NCBI GenBank assembly: GCA_046563655.1
Contig: CM102287.1
Span: forward strand, 9,114,001-9,178,000
DNA length: 64,000 nt
Reading direction: 5' to 3'
DNA from: Yuukianura sp. NJ FZ-2021
Taxonomy: Eukaryota
The translations under genes were made by a program, and so were the position numbers. Of this stretch, positions 49,949-62,743 are shown piece after piece. Position 1 is the stretch's first letter. Every line of letters begins with the position of its first letter. Below the pieces are notes generated by a model. It searched no databases and was not told the DNA's origin. It saw nothing but the letters and a program-made list of their open reading frames with translations.

Positions 49949-51233
49949 TTAAAAAGTTAAAAGGGCGTAGGTGATCAAATTCATCATGAGTTCAATGACT
50001 ACAAGTTTCGTTTTCTTTTCAAAGAAGAACCAAATTGCTATACACGGCATGGGTTTACAAGCCTCAATTTTCTTCCGATAGTAAGGACTTGCGAGACTCG
50101 GATTTTGAGATTTTCGCAAAACGGTTTTGACTTCCTTAGATTTGTCAAAAACGGTAGCCATTGCTGCGGTGAATACAGCATCTTCGAGAAGAAAGGTTAA
50201 ACCCAAAGGTGGATTTATAATGTAGATGATAAACTCAAGTTGTGAATAGAGACTTAGAGATGCGTAAATTGCAAAAACAGTGGCAATTTGAACCAGCACT
50301 TTGACTTTGGTAAATACTCCAGCGATGGACGAGTTCCAGGAGTTGTTCAATAAGGTCAACGAATTTAAAATTTGAAACGTATTTGCTTCCTGTTCTGAGT
50401 AACAAAATGATCTGGAGAAAAATTTTAGAATTCAGAAATTAGAATTTAGATTTGAGCTTACTTTGTTGTGTTAACTTACTTTGCCTTGTTCAGCCAAAAT
50501 GAAAAACTGAAGATGTGCATGTAGGTGAAAGCGATTATAACTAGATGAAATATGGCGATCCGCAAGATATTGTAATATTCAAAGAAAACAAAAAACAATA
50601 AGACGAACATGTTCATTTTCAGGTTTTGAGGTAATGCGGAGAAAGCAAAATTTGGATTGTTGCGTTTCAGAGGAAAAGAAAGTGGGAAAATGAGTCCAGT
50701 AATAAGAAAAACATTTTGAACAATCAACAGGAATTTTTCACGAAATTTCCCTTCTGCATGCACCTTTCCAACGTACAGAGTTCCTAAGAAGCAAAGTTTT
50801 GGTTTCTATTTCAAAAAAAAAAAACATATTTTTTTTTGAAATACTAAGTATAATTACCTGCAATTTGATTAAATTTTCGAATTTCGTTGAACCAGAGACA
50901 CCAGTCATCCACTTGTGTGATTGTATGCCACTGAACAGTCGCCATTCCACATTGCACGATTGTAAAGTAAGAGTGGATAAGAATTGAGCCTGCAAGGTCG
51001 CTTCCATATTCTTTGTAATTGTAGCCATACCCTGGCAGAAAGCGCAACATTTGAAAAATTAGGTACGAACTAGAGATGACCATGTTACTCAAGACACAAA
51101 TTTTCTTAAATTTTGATCTTGTGGGTTCAAGCCTTTTGCTATTCCGAATCCAATCAAAAGGAAACGAAAATGAAAATGAAGAAGCGATGTACATCCAGCG
51201 TTCAACAATTTCCACTTCAACAGAAGTAAGCAT
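49949..51233 (-). CDS. Divergent gustatory-receptor-like (7TM chemoreceptor superfamily) protein, copy A, 380 aa
   Basis: Exons 51233-50858, 50783-50480 and 50411-49949; phase-1 and phase-2 GT-AG introns; intact frame. Many hydrophobic helices. The C-terminus ACKPMPCIAIWFFFEKKTKLVVIELMMNLITYALLTF resembles the GR TM7 TYhhhhhQF region. The gene model is solid; the family assignment is inference. Confidence 0.75.
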
Positions 51234-51782
51234 TTTTGTTCCAGATTTTTTTTCAAAATTTGGTGTAAAGTAAAGAGCCCTACTTTGCAAATTTCAAATA
51301 CTGTCTAAACACCTGATTTCTGAACTTCACTAAAGAAATGACGGTCTTACTCATCAAAACGGTTTGCCATGTACTTCATCAGTTTCATCATCGCAAAATT
51401 TCAAAAGTTCAAAAGTAAGGTAATTTTCTTGTCAACTGATAACATCCATTTGGACTGGACTGGAGTTGCAAATATCGCAATTTTATTGTGACGAAACCTA
51501 ACGACAATTGTTTTAGTAATCAGTTTTGAAACTTTCTCTTAAATTATTTATGTGAACAGCCTGCCAATACCCTAGAATTTAGTTTTTACTTATAATTAGC
51601 TTCAGCTTATGTTGACTTAATATTTTAAATTATATTAATTGTTTTTGTAATTTTCCTCTAGTCAGGGAGAGCCAATGGAAGTTTAAAAAAAATTAAACTT
51701 TTTGTTTTTCAAAATTTGTGAGTCACGGAAATATGGAAAGTACAACCAGTAGGGGTTGGGGTGGATTTCGTTTTCGAGATTT

Positions 51783-53062
51783 TTAAAAAGTTAAAAGTGC
51801 ATAAGTGATCAAATTCATCATGAATCCAATGACGACAAGTTTTGTTTGCTTTTCAAAGTAGAACCAAATAGCTCTACACTGCATGGGTTTACAAGCCTCA
51901 ATTTTCTTCCGAAAGTAGGGACTTTTGAGACTCGGATTCTGAGATTTGCGCAAAACGGCTTTGATTTCTTTAGATTTTTCAAAAACGGCGGCCATTGCAG
52001 CTGTGACTACAGCATCTTCGAGAAGAACGGTTAAACTATAGGCTGGATTTATAATGTAGATGACAAGTTCCAGTTGTGAATACAGACGTAGAGTTGCGTA
52101 AACTGCAAATACCGTGGAAATTTGAATCATAACTTTGATTTGGGCAAATAATGCAGCAATGGACGAGTTCCAAGAGTTGTTCAATAAGGTCAACGAATTG
52201 AAAATTTGAAACGTATTGGCTTCCTGTTCTGAACAAAATGATCTGGAGAAAAATTTCAGAATTCAGAAATTTAAATTTAGATTTTGAACTTATACTTTGT
52301 ATTATTAACTTACATTGCTTTGTTCAGCCAAAATGAAAAGCTGAAGATATGCATGTATGTGAAAGTGACCAAAGCAAGGTGAAATGTGATGATACGCAAG
52401 ATGTTATAATACTCAAAACAAACAAAAAACAACAAAACGAAGATGTTCATTTTTAGATTTTGAGGTAAAACAGAGAAAAGAAAATTGGGATTGTTGCGTT
52501 TCAGTGGAAAAGAAAGTGGGAAAACGAGTCCACACACAACCATAACATTTTGAACAGCCAATAGAAATTTTTCACGAAACTTCCCTTCTGCATATACCTT
52601 TCCAACGTACAAAGTTCCTGAAAAGCGAAATTTTGGTTTTGATTTCAAAAAATATCGTTGGTTTTGAATTACTTAATTATTATTACCTGCGATTTGATTA
52701 AATTTTCGAATTTGGTTGAACCAGAGACACCAACCATCCGCTTGGGTGATGGCATGCCACTGAATGGTGGCCATTGCACATTGAATACATGTAAAGTAAA
52801 AGTGGATTAGAAATGAGCCTGCGAGGTCACTTCCCTGTTCTTTGTAATTGTAACCGTGACCTGGCAGAAGGCGCAGCGTTTGAAAAATCATGTACGAAAC
52901 GGAGATGACGAAGTTGCTCAAAACGCAAATTTTCTTAAACTTTGATTTTGTCGGTTCAAGCCTTTTGCTATTCCGAATCCAATCAAAAGGAAACGAAAGT
53001 GAAAATGAAGAAGCAATGTAAATCCAGCGTTCAACAATTTCCACTTCCACAGAAGTAAGCAT
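51783..53062 (-). CDS. Divergent gustatory-receptor-like protein, copy B, 379 aa (recent paralog of A)
   Basis: Exons 53062-52687, 52617-52314 and 52242-51783; same intron positions as A; intact; ends MMNLITYALLTF. Confidence 0.75.
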
Positions 53063-53426
53063 AGTTCCCAAGTTTTTTCAAAATTTGGTAAAGTAAATTG
53101 ACCTTTTCAAATTTCAAAAACTATCTAAACCCTGATTTCTGAATTTCACTAAAGGAATGACGGACTTCTACTCATCAAAACAGTGTAAGTACTTCATCAG
53201 TTTCATCGCAAAATGTCGAAAGTTGCAAAAGTAAGATAATTTTCTTGTCAACTGATAAAATCCGTTTGGACTAGAGTTGCAAATAACTTAATTTTATTGT
53301 GACGAAACCTGGTAAAATTTCTACATCTTCGGAATTACGTAAAAGTTAACTATGACTTTAAGTTGCACAAAATAATACCGTATTTTATACGAAAACGCGC
53401 TATATGAGAGAAAATACGGTACTAAT

Positions 53427-54736
53427 TTAAAAAGACACAAGGGCGTAAGCTGTCATGTTCATGATGATCCCAAGTACAACGAGTTTCGTTTTCCGTTCAA
53501 AGAAGAACAAAATCGCTTTGCAGAGGAGTGGTTGGCAAGCAGCAATTTTCCGTTGTGAATAAGCCGGATGCGGGTCGCTGACTGTGGTCTTCTTCAAATG
53601 AAGTTTCAATTCCTTCGATGATTCAAAAATGTCCGCCATTACTGCCGTGGCGATGGAATCTTCCAGAAGAATGAGAACAATGCAACCGGGGTTAAGAATG
53701 TAGATTGCAAAGTCCAAGTAGGGGTACAGACGAAGTGTAGCATATATTGCAAACACCAGTGCAAACTCCAGCAGAGTTTTGAATATGGCAAAACTGCAAG
53801 CGATCGACATGTTCCATGAATTGTTTAGTACAGTCAAGCATGCGTAAATTTTAAAAGTATTCTTCTCTTGGCCATCATGACAAAACGATCTGTAGAAAAA
53901 TATCCAACTGTACGCATTTGTTTTAAGCAGTTCTTTTGGAAATATTTTTTCGAATCGTAAACGTGAAATCAACTAACCTTGCTTTCTTTAGCCAAAACAT
54001 AACTGTGAATACGTGTGTGAATATGAAGAAGGCCAAAAGAAGATGAAACGAAACAGAACGCATTATATTGCAAAGTTCAAAAATTGCGAAAATTGTAAGC
54101 ATTTGCGTCGTTTTCCAATCATCGGGTAGAATAGAATAAATAAAATTCGGATTGTTGCTTTTTAGTGGGAAAACAAAAGGAAACAGAAATCCGAGGACAA
54201 GAACGTTCCATTCTACCCAACGAACAAATTTTTCACGTAAGCCAGGTTCTGCATGTGCTTTACCCATGTATAGCAATCCTGAAATTTCAACAAAAAGTAA
54301 AAGTTCTAGAAAAATGGATGAAATTGTTCAAAAATTTTGGTAGTAAATATAGAGAAGTACCTGCATTGTGATTGAACTCTCGAATTTGATTAAACCACAA
54401 GCACCATCCCTGGACGTGTTGAATTGCGTTCCATTGAAAATTGGCCATTATGATTTGACAAAGACTGAAGTAGCAGTGAAACACAAGGCTAGTTGCAATT
54501 TCCCCTACATGTCCATTGTAGTCATAACCATTTCCTGGCATAAGTCGCGTCAACTGAAAAATTATATAGCAAATAGATACAGCCATGTTGCCCAAAACGA
54601 GACAATATTTTAATTTTGACTTGGTCGGTTCAAGACTTTTTGTTTTCTTGTTCCAATCAAATGGAAAAGAAAGTGTGAAAGTCGCAGCCATGTATGCCCA
54701 TCTCTCAACAATTTGGATTTCAACTGCAGTCAACAT
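53427..54736 (-). CDS. Divergent gustatory-receptor-like protein, copy C, 379 aa
   Basis: Exons 54736-54361, 54278-53978 and 53889-53427; intact. Shares VERW, PFDW, WCLWFNQIR.FN, NNPNF and NNSWN; ends IMNMTAYALVSF. Confidence 0.75.
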
Positions 54737-55587
54737 TTTGTCGAAACAAAATTAGAAACGATTTGAAACTCTTTAAAACAGTTCGTGTGCTTCTTTGTTT
54801 CTTTCTGAGTAATTCTGGACGAACCGAACTACAATTAAGATATTCCAATCGTTTGTGGTTTGCAAATGATTAAAATCGACATTCCTGAAACCCGACAATT
54901 TTCCGCGTCAGAGAAAGTCAATAAAAACAATTATTCTAGTAATTAGTTTTGAAACTTTCTCCTAAATTATTGATATGAACAGCTTGTCAAGTGATACCCT
55001 AGAGTTTACTTTCACTTTAACCAGCTTCAGCTTTCATAAATTTTGCAATATATTCTGAAAAATGAATATGAGCATTTACAAAATAGTTATGCCGAATTTA
55101 TCCTTTCCCCGTTACTTTCTGCAAGTAAAATACAGTGTCACCACCGGCAAAATAAAATATGAAATTAACTTTTTTTTAACGCCGAAAATTCCGGCGACAT
55201 TGTATTTTTCTTGGAGAAAGTAACAGGGAAAAGAATGTATAAATACGGCATTACGTCACGCCGTTACAAAATAACTGCCCGGATTTTACTACTGATTTTA
55301 TTAATTACATTGTACAAGCAAGTAACGGTACTTTTTTCTATATGTCCAAAACACAAAGTTCAGAGATCTCCTAAGATTTTGCCACAAAACATCTTTCTTC
55401 TAAAAAATAGAAAGATGCTTCTGAAAGCCTTACGTGCTTCAAGACTTTTACTGCAAACCGATGTTTTATTTCCTGCTGTATACATTCAGATTCAGATCAA
55501 AAACTAATACACTAAACCTTCATTTCGTGGCTAAAATTTTTAATTTACTGACTAATTTTGTAAAATTGAACATAGCTGATTATTCTG

Positions 55588-56874
55588 TTAGAACGATAGC
55601 AGAGCATAAGTAGTCCAATTCATCAAGAGCCCAATCACCAGTAGCTTCGTTTTTCGTTCAAAGTAGAACAGCACAGCTTTGCATTGTAGAGGCTTGCAAG
55701 CCTCGACTCTCTTTTTCAAAAATATTTCATTTGAAAGAGGAACGCGGACAAGAACTTCTTTGAAATTCGTTTTGAACATCTTCGATTTTTCAAAAATGTC
55801 AGCCATTGCCGCCGTATTGATTCCATCTTCTATCAGAAGAGTGACAGCCAGATTCGGATTGACAAGGTAGACTGCCAAATCTAATTGAGAAAATAGACTA
55901 AGCGTAGCATAGATTCCAAGTACTGTACACATTTGTAGTACAGTTTTGAGACATCCAAAGGCACCAGCCAATGAACGGTTCCATGAATTATTTAAAATTG
56001 TCACACAATTGAAAAGTTGAAAACTTTCCGTTTCTTGTCCGCGGTGTCCACTTAGCGCTCTAAAAAAAATTGAAATAACATGCATCACCAATGTACGCTT
56101 TGTAAAACATGTTTTTTATGCACTCACGTAGCCCTCTCCAACCAAAACTTCATTGTAAAAATGTGAAGGAACACGAAGTACATCACGAGCAGATGAAAAA
56201 CGCAAATTCGAAGGATGCTGTATCCTTCAAAGATTGCAAAAATAACCAGCAGCACTTTTAAATTCTTCCACTTTGATGGTAAAGAGGCAAAAATGAAATT
56301 TGGATTGTTGCGTTTCAAAGGAAAAAACGTAGGAAAAAAGATGCCGCAAAAAATCATACTGAACTGAACATATTTCACAACATTTTCTCTCACGATGTTT
56401 GGTTCTCCATAAATTTTTCCAGTGTATCGTAAACCTAAATCAACAATAACAAGAAGGTTAAGCAAGCAAGGTTAAGTGCATTGACCTCTTGACCTCACCA
56501 GCCATTTTGTTAAACTTGCGTATTTGATTAAACCACAAGCACCATCCATTGTCATGAGCAATGGCATGCCACTGAATGATTGCCAGGAGAAACTGAGTGC
56601 AAAAGAAATAGAAGTGAATTAAAATGTGACTCGCCAAGTCCTTCTCGTGATGTTTGTAGTCATAGCCAAATCCGGGAGCAAATTTGACCAATTGAAATGC
56701 AGCATAGGTCACAGAGATGACCAAATTTATCAAAACCAAAAAATATTTCGTTTTAGATTTTGTTGGAACTAAAATTTTAGAACGAGAGTCCCAGTCGAAT
56801 GGCAAAGACAGAGAAAAAGTTGAAGCCAAATAAGCCCATCTCTCAACAATTTGAATTTCTACTGCACTTAGCAT
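55588..56874 (-). CDS. Divergent gustatory-receptor-like protein, copy D, 384 aa
   Basis: Exons 56874-56499, 56434-56128 and 56059-55588; intact; same motifs; ends LMNWTTYALLSF. Confidence 0.75.
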
Positions 56875-57292
56875 TGTCTTTGTATACCTCGTTCCGCAAA
56901 ACACTTTTAGCAAATGTAACCCAGAAAAAAATGGTAACGTCCACGTTTGTAATACGATTTTTTTTTCAAAATTTGCCTAACGGCTCGTGGAAAGATGGCG
57001 AAATAGAACTATTAGGTGACATTTCACACAGAAAGCTTCTTTCGCCAAAATTATTTCGCGTTGCGAATTTGTTTTGCAACATCTTCCAGTATAATTGTTA
57101 CTTGTCAAATTTAATTTGACGTTCTGACGTCTACCATTTGACTATCTCACAGTCTGTCTTTGACGCTAAATATAATCAAACGTTCGTTTTAATAAATCAC
57201 AAATAACGCACTTCACAAAAGACCGAACTTTCGTTTCATAGTAGTTTTAAAATGCTTTCTTCTTAAGATCGCTTCTTCAGTAAATTGCACTT

Positions 57293-60200
57293 TCATAGCT
57301 CGTCGGATTCACCACACAGCAGCCTTTCTAATACTGTAAATCAAGACAATCTTGTCAATTTTTTAAAAGTAATGGAGGTGTCGGGTTTAGTAACTTTGTG
57401 TTTACCTAAAATCACTTGTTCCAGTTTCTTCATATTTTTTAAAGTCCCGGAAAGCTCACGCGAGGGACCTTTTTGGGGAGATGCGTTCACTTCCAGCTCT
57501 TTCAGTTGCGAAATCATTTCTTCAACTAATGCTCCATTTTCGTCATCAATTGGTTGCAGCCTATGCAGTTAGCAAGTTAAAAATTAGTAAAAAGCCGCAA
57601 TCTGCAACTACCGTTGTTAACATTGTAAACTTACTGTATCCTTTCCAGTAAATGCCGAGAGGAAGTTCTCACTTTGTTTGAAAGGCTATGAATAGTTGAG
57701 ATTACCAAACAGTCCAACGCCTGAGAACAAAAGTTAATTTAGACTATTTAGCAAAGTAAAAGTAAAATACAGCTTCAACAAAGGTAAAATTTCAACCTCA
57801 AACTTATGTTTTTGACGTTGGGGAGAAGCGGGTTGACGATGGACGTATCCATCTTCAAATCGAGACCGCATACGCGTCAGGCTGCCGGTTCGATGCGGCT
57901 CATCGTAGTCTTCTTCAGATCCACATCCGATTCCAAGTTCTTCCGTGGAAGAGTCAAGGCAATATTCGTTTGCGTTGTGAAACGAAGGGGATTTTGGAAT
58001 TGAAGCAGCTCCATCAGGGTTATTTCTATAAAAAAAAAGTTTCGAATGAAATACTTCTGAGCGTACTTTTCTAAATATATTTTTTTTAAAGTTTTGTCTA
58101 ACCTTTGACCTGGCTCTTCAGCTGCCGCTTCAGCCGGGAGTCGCTTATCCTTGTTTTTGCCTAGAGCAGCTGCTTTCCTTGGATCATAACTTTTGCGACG
58201 ATTCCAATTGGCCAGTTCAACTTCTTTTGCAGTTAGAGTTGAATTGGCGCGCTTTCCAGAACTGAGCAATGGCTGTTTCTTGGATAATGCAGTTTTCTCT
58301 GGAGGTGGCTTCTTAGCAGCAGCGGGAGTTCCGGATCCATTTGGTTTCGCACTTGGAGCCACGGTGGCAATGGATCTCGGCTGAGCCAATCTTGACAATG
58401 GATTCCATGCTGTCGCTGATTTGGGAGCAGGTTGAGGTTGAGGTACCTTGAATATCATAAGTTAACACCAAAAAACTTTAAAAACTTCTGTTCTTTTTCA
58501 AGCAATTCGACATCTTACGGGCTGCGGAAGCGCTGTGGGTTTTGATCGTGTTGAAGCTCTGAGACTAAACCTTCCTCCATCTTCTCTTGAGAATGAAGGT
58601 GAAGAAATGTTTGAATTTGGTGAATTTGTTCCAGCAGTTGCACCTCCTGAATTTGGTGTCAGTGACTGGTGACTACTATTTACATTTTCACAATATTCTG
58701 ATAATCGTTCTCTTCCTTTCTGTTGCTGATGGGCTGGATTACTTCTGTGACAAGAGAAAAGTTCAAAGCATCAATATTTTTACAACTTCGCTTTAAGTTT
58801 TAAGCTTATAACTCTGTGTTACCTTGCCGGACCGTATGAATTCGTATAACCGTAAGGTAAGTGGCCTTGAACTGGTCGAGATCTTCCATACGCCGAGTAA
58901 TCCGAAACTGCCGACGCTTCACGAGAAGCTCTTCTGTGAACTCCAGGAGACAACTTTGGAGATGGAGCAGCAAGTTCATGATATCGAGCCTCCGGGTCAT
59001 CCGTGTAGCTTTCATGCCAACTATTCCTATTTAACTTTTTCCTTTGCAGCGATGAACTACGACCTGTCTTGTAATCAGCGTCAAGATCAGCGTCATGTAA
59101 GAATACCCGACTGTTTTCGTCTTCATACCCTACGCACAAGCACAAAATTGTGAGTTTAAAAAAAGTAAAAATTGTTGTTTTATTTTGAGCTTGCCTTTGT
59201 AGGGCTGTGGAGGAGGTGTTTGATTTTGTTCAATCTGCGAAGACGCTCTTTCAGCCCATTCTCGTACCCATTCCAAAGAGGAATCCAAAGGACTCTCGAT
59301 GTCTTCATCTCTTTCAAAAATAGACTCTGTATCTTTCCCTTCTTTCTTCACATGATCTGTCACAGGTGAATCCAATTGTACAGTGTACGTGCCTGTTTCA
59401 CTATGTCGGTCATCTTCCGTAGCAGCAGCCGCAACTAATTTTGGTTTTTGAGTCCTTAAGGTACGCTGAGGAGAAAGTTTTCTGGTTGGGGAATTCTTGG
59501 AAGGCGACGCTGATCCACCCCGAGACTGTTTTGGTTCAATTTTGGCCTTTCCTTTTCCAAAATCACTGTCGCTGTTGGTTGACGGGGTCAAATTTCTTCG
59601 TGAATTTTCACTGTCTCCGCCTTCACTTCCGGCACGGCGCTCCACTTTTGAGTTACTTGGAGTTCGACGATGTCTTGTTGGAGCAAACTTGCTAATGCTG
59701 GCAGAGAGGTCAAAGTTCTTGGTTTCACTCGGACCAAAGTCAATGGTGAACGCCATAGGTGAATACTTGTTACTAAAAAGTTCTTCAGACACGGGGGAAG
59801 GTGATGACGGAGTTGCCAACTGTTCCATATTACCGGAATTCGTTTTGGAATCGGATTGAGCTGCCTCGGTATTTGTTTCAGCAGCAGAATCGGTGGGGCT
59901 TGTTGGGCCACTTGGAAATGGGCCAGCTTTTACTGGGCTACAAGGTGAAGAACTGCTGCAGTGCCCACTGTCGTTCCGCTCCAAGTTTTTAGAACAAGAC
60001 TGAGGGAAAGGCTGTAAAATCACAAAAAAAAGTTATTATTGTTGAAAACTAATTTATTACAAAAATTAAGTAATAAACTTACTAATTCTTGTGGTTTGCA
60101 TTCCATGTCAAACGGTTGTTGCGTATGAGTTCCTGAGGTTGCGAAGTTTCTATCCACTGATGAATTGCGACGACTGAGAGATGATAATTCGCATCGAATT

Positions 60201-61638
60201 TGATACAAATTGGAATGTGGAGAGACGAAGAGAGAAAAAAAGTTAAGGAAACATTTTTTATGACAAAAGTATAAATTAAGCGTTCCTGACTATTAACTAA
60301 AATGAATAGAATGAGACCATTGTAAGCAAAAAAGCCTTGAGTTACAACAGGTTTTCTTAAAAGCGCCTGCTGAATGCGTGAGATGAAATGGAGATTGCGA
60401 ATAAATTCGCAAGTGGAGTTCGACTTGGCTAGTCAAGAGTAGCAAAAAATAAGGACTGACGAGGAATCCCAGTTGCTTATTATCTTTTCACTGATCCTCA
60501 TCTCTTCTGTAAAAAGAGATGACTCACAACAACCCACTCGACCACACGAAAACGGCGTCGTCAAACCTCTCCAAAAGACACTGACCTGCGTTAAGCTCTA
60601 ATAATTGCAAAGGCCAAGCAATTGCAAAAACGGAAGCAAATGGGCGTAAAATATTCACTTTTTAAGCACCCAAAACCCATTTCAAGCTAACTTAGCAATC
60701 AGCATAAGGAAGGAATTTCAATTGTGTGCTGAATGTTAGGATATCAAAACCAAATCTGATCATGTCCATGTTCTTCAACTTGGTGGTAATGCTAGGGTTC
60801 ATTTTCTTCCCGTTGATGAATGTCTAAAAGTTCAAAGTAATCAAAACAATTAGAAAACTTTTACAAGAACTGTAATTGATGACAGGGAATTTAAGAGTAT
60901 TTAAGTAAGCTTCTGAGCTTACGCCGCTTTCAGTGTCCAAATCCTTGAGGTAAAAGTAGCATGAATCCGGATCAAACCAGAGCACGGCATGTTGACGGTT
61001 CACGGTTAGAGACTATATAAAACAAATGTTAGAAAGCGGATTAGTTTTGTTGCCAATTTTGTAGTCAACAGGCTTAAGTCGTACTTGGTACTTGGCTTGT
61101 GACTTCCCAACGCAATGCATAACTTGTAGTTGAGTGAAGTGAAGTGAGTAAAACCCAAAGTAAATTCACTGCTGTTTAAGTGATGATTTTCTCACTATTG
61201 TTTCGCCGCCAATTACATACTTTGAGTCTCTGGCTTACTTAAAACAAAAGAAAAACAAGTATCCAATACAGTTTCTCAAATCTTATGGTAAGTTCAATTT
61301 CATATGCAAGTATTTAGTCGTAGTATGAACGTTTCGAATGTAACTAATCTTCATTTTTATATCTAGATACATTATTATTCAATGACAACTTTCATTATAA
61401 TCATAGAGCACAGGAATTAACATCCGAAACGATGATTAGACACCCTTCACAGTTCAAATAGCATTACTAATCGACCCAGACTATTTTTTTTTACTTCGTA
61501 CAAAGTCGTTACCTGAACATTTATGTTACAACCTTCACTGCCAATCGTTGTCACAATGTCCTCATCCAACCAGAACGCACTCTTCCCAGTCTTCTGGACC
61601 AGTATCCACTGTCGACCAGTCAGCTGAGATTGTTCCAT
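57293..61638 (-). CDS. CEP170: CEP170-like protein: N-terminal FHA domain, long S/P-rich region, CEP170-type C-terminal helices; ~877 aa, 12 coding exons
   Basis: Exons 61638-61513, 61012-60923, 60823-60745, 60216-60083, 60011-59195, 59129-58823, 58744-58519, 58446-58103, 58025-57797, 57720-57635, 57560-57406 and 57333-57293; total 2634 nt, divisible by 3. FHA: VNRQHAVL...YLKDLDTESGTFING...MIRFGFDSNLY. Also AFTIDF, SETGTYTV, WNRRKSYDP, ALDCLVISTIHSLSNKVR and SRELSGTLKNMKKLEQ. Confidence 0.85.
59130..59194 (-). other. GC-AG intron (65 nt) in the CEP170-like gene
   Basis: Donor AAAG|GCAAGC and acceptor TGCGTAG|GG; the phase-1 join gives PYK-G-YEDEN. No plausible GT donor nearby. Confidence 0.7.
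60217..60744 (-). other. U12-type (minor spliceosome) AT-AC intron in the CEP170-like gene
   Basis: 5' site G|ATATCCTAAC, branch sequence TTTCCTTAAC at ~60251-60242, 3' site CCAC|AT. Splicing gives ...RFGF-D-SNLYQI in frame. Confidence 0.88.
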
Positions 61639-62743
61639 TTTCACTCCAGAAGAATCTGCGTTTAGAACTTGACGTTTAGTATGCAAAATCAAAGCTTGTC
61701 TGGAGTTCCTTCCCGTTTCACCATTTTTGGCAGGAGCAGGAACTTAACAATCGATGTCAACAGGTCATCTACAGCTTCACATTCAATGCAATTCCTACAC
61801 AAAACAAAATAAAAGGTTAGGACTTAAGTTTAATTTTAGACCAATTTTCAATGCTGCCTAAGGGAGGACTTTGACTTTGAAACTGAACGAATTTGCAGGT
61901 GATTTGTGGAGGTGGAGGCCAATTGGTCACTAACGTAATTCCTTCCATTTTGGGAATTTTGGCATGAGACAATGCCTAATATTGGACTTAGGCGTAAAGA
62001 CGAAAGATACATAACAATTAAATTAAAGCCTCTCCCTCGTCCATCACCTTCCTCCCACAGTAACAAATCCTACTTTGGTTTTGCGGTAGTCTTTTTGCCA
62101 GTTCATTCTCAATGTAACGTATGCCTGTCTAGGTCTAGTTTAGAAAGTGACTAAAAATTTTACTTGGAAAGGCAATACAAGGTCATTCTCTCATGCTCAC
62201 CTGCTCCAAGGTCAATATTCACACGGCACACGATCAACGGAAGTGACTCTGACGACACTTATCTACGTAACTCGGACTTTGCAATTTGCGAATGAATATG
62301 CAATTTGCAAAGATTAGAAGATTATGAAGAGGAAGAGAACGAAAGACAAAAAAAAATTTGCAAAAAAATTTCATAACAAAACAAGATGTTTGCAAATTTT
62401 AAACCAAAAAAGTTCCCGCCAAAAAATTCCAAAACCAACGCCTAGCGTGACTTTCTTACGAAGACGAAATTTTGATAGAATTTTTCTACCGAAAAGCAAA
62501 ATTTTTATAAATTCAAATTAAAATTTGTACAACGAAGGTTCCTATATTTTAAAATTCCTAATTTAAACTCAAACAAAGTATGGTGAATGCGAAAGTTAAT
62601 AGGTTATTGTTAACCTATGACGAAATCATAATCAATGATAACGTTATTATTCTACGATTGACCTTCAATTTTTAAAAATCCACCAGTAATTGTTGGTGAA
62701 AATGCTGGTGATTGAAAAAAATTTTCACTTTAGTCAAGCTAAC

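Larger units (their letters stand above)
49776..53310. repeat. Recent ~1.83-kb tandem segmental duplication carrying receptor copies A and B
   Basis: Non-coding flanks are near-identical: ~49776-49950 vs ~51602-51785 (TTATGTTGACTTAATATTTTAAATTATATTAATTG...AGTCAGGGAGAGCCAATGGAAG) and ~51240-51498 vs ~53070-53310. The introns also align. Confidence 0.9.

Noticed and set aside
57877..58102. C-terminal part of the 193-aa ORF 57877-58458
   Set aside because: It crosses an intron (58102-58026). The true exon continues in another frame (NNPDGAASIPKSPSFH).
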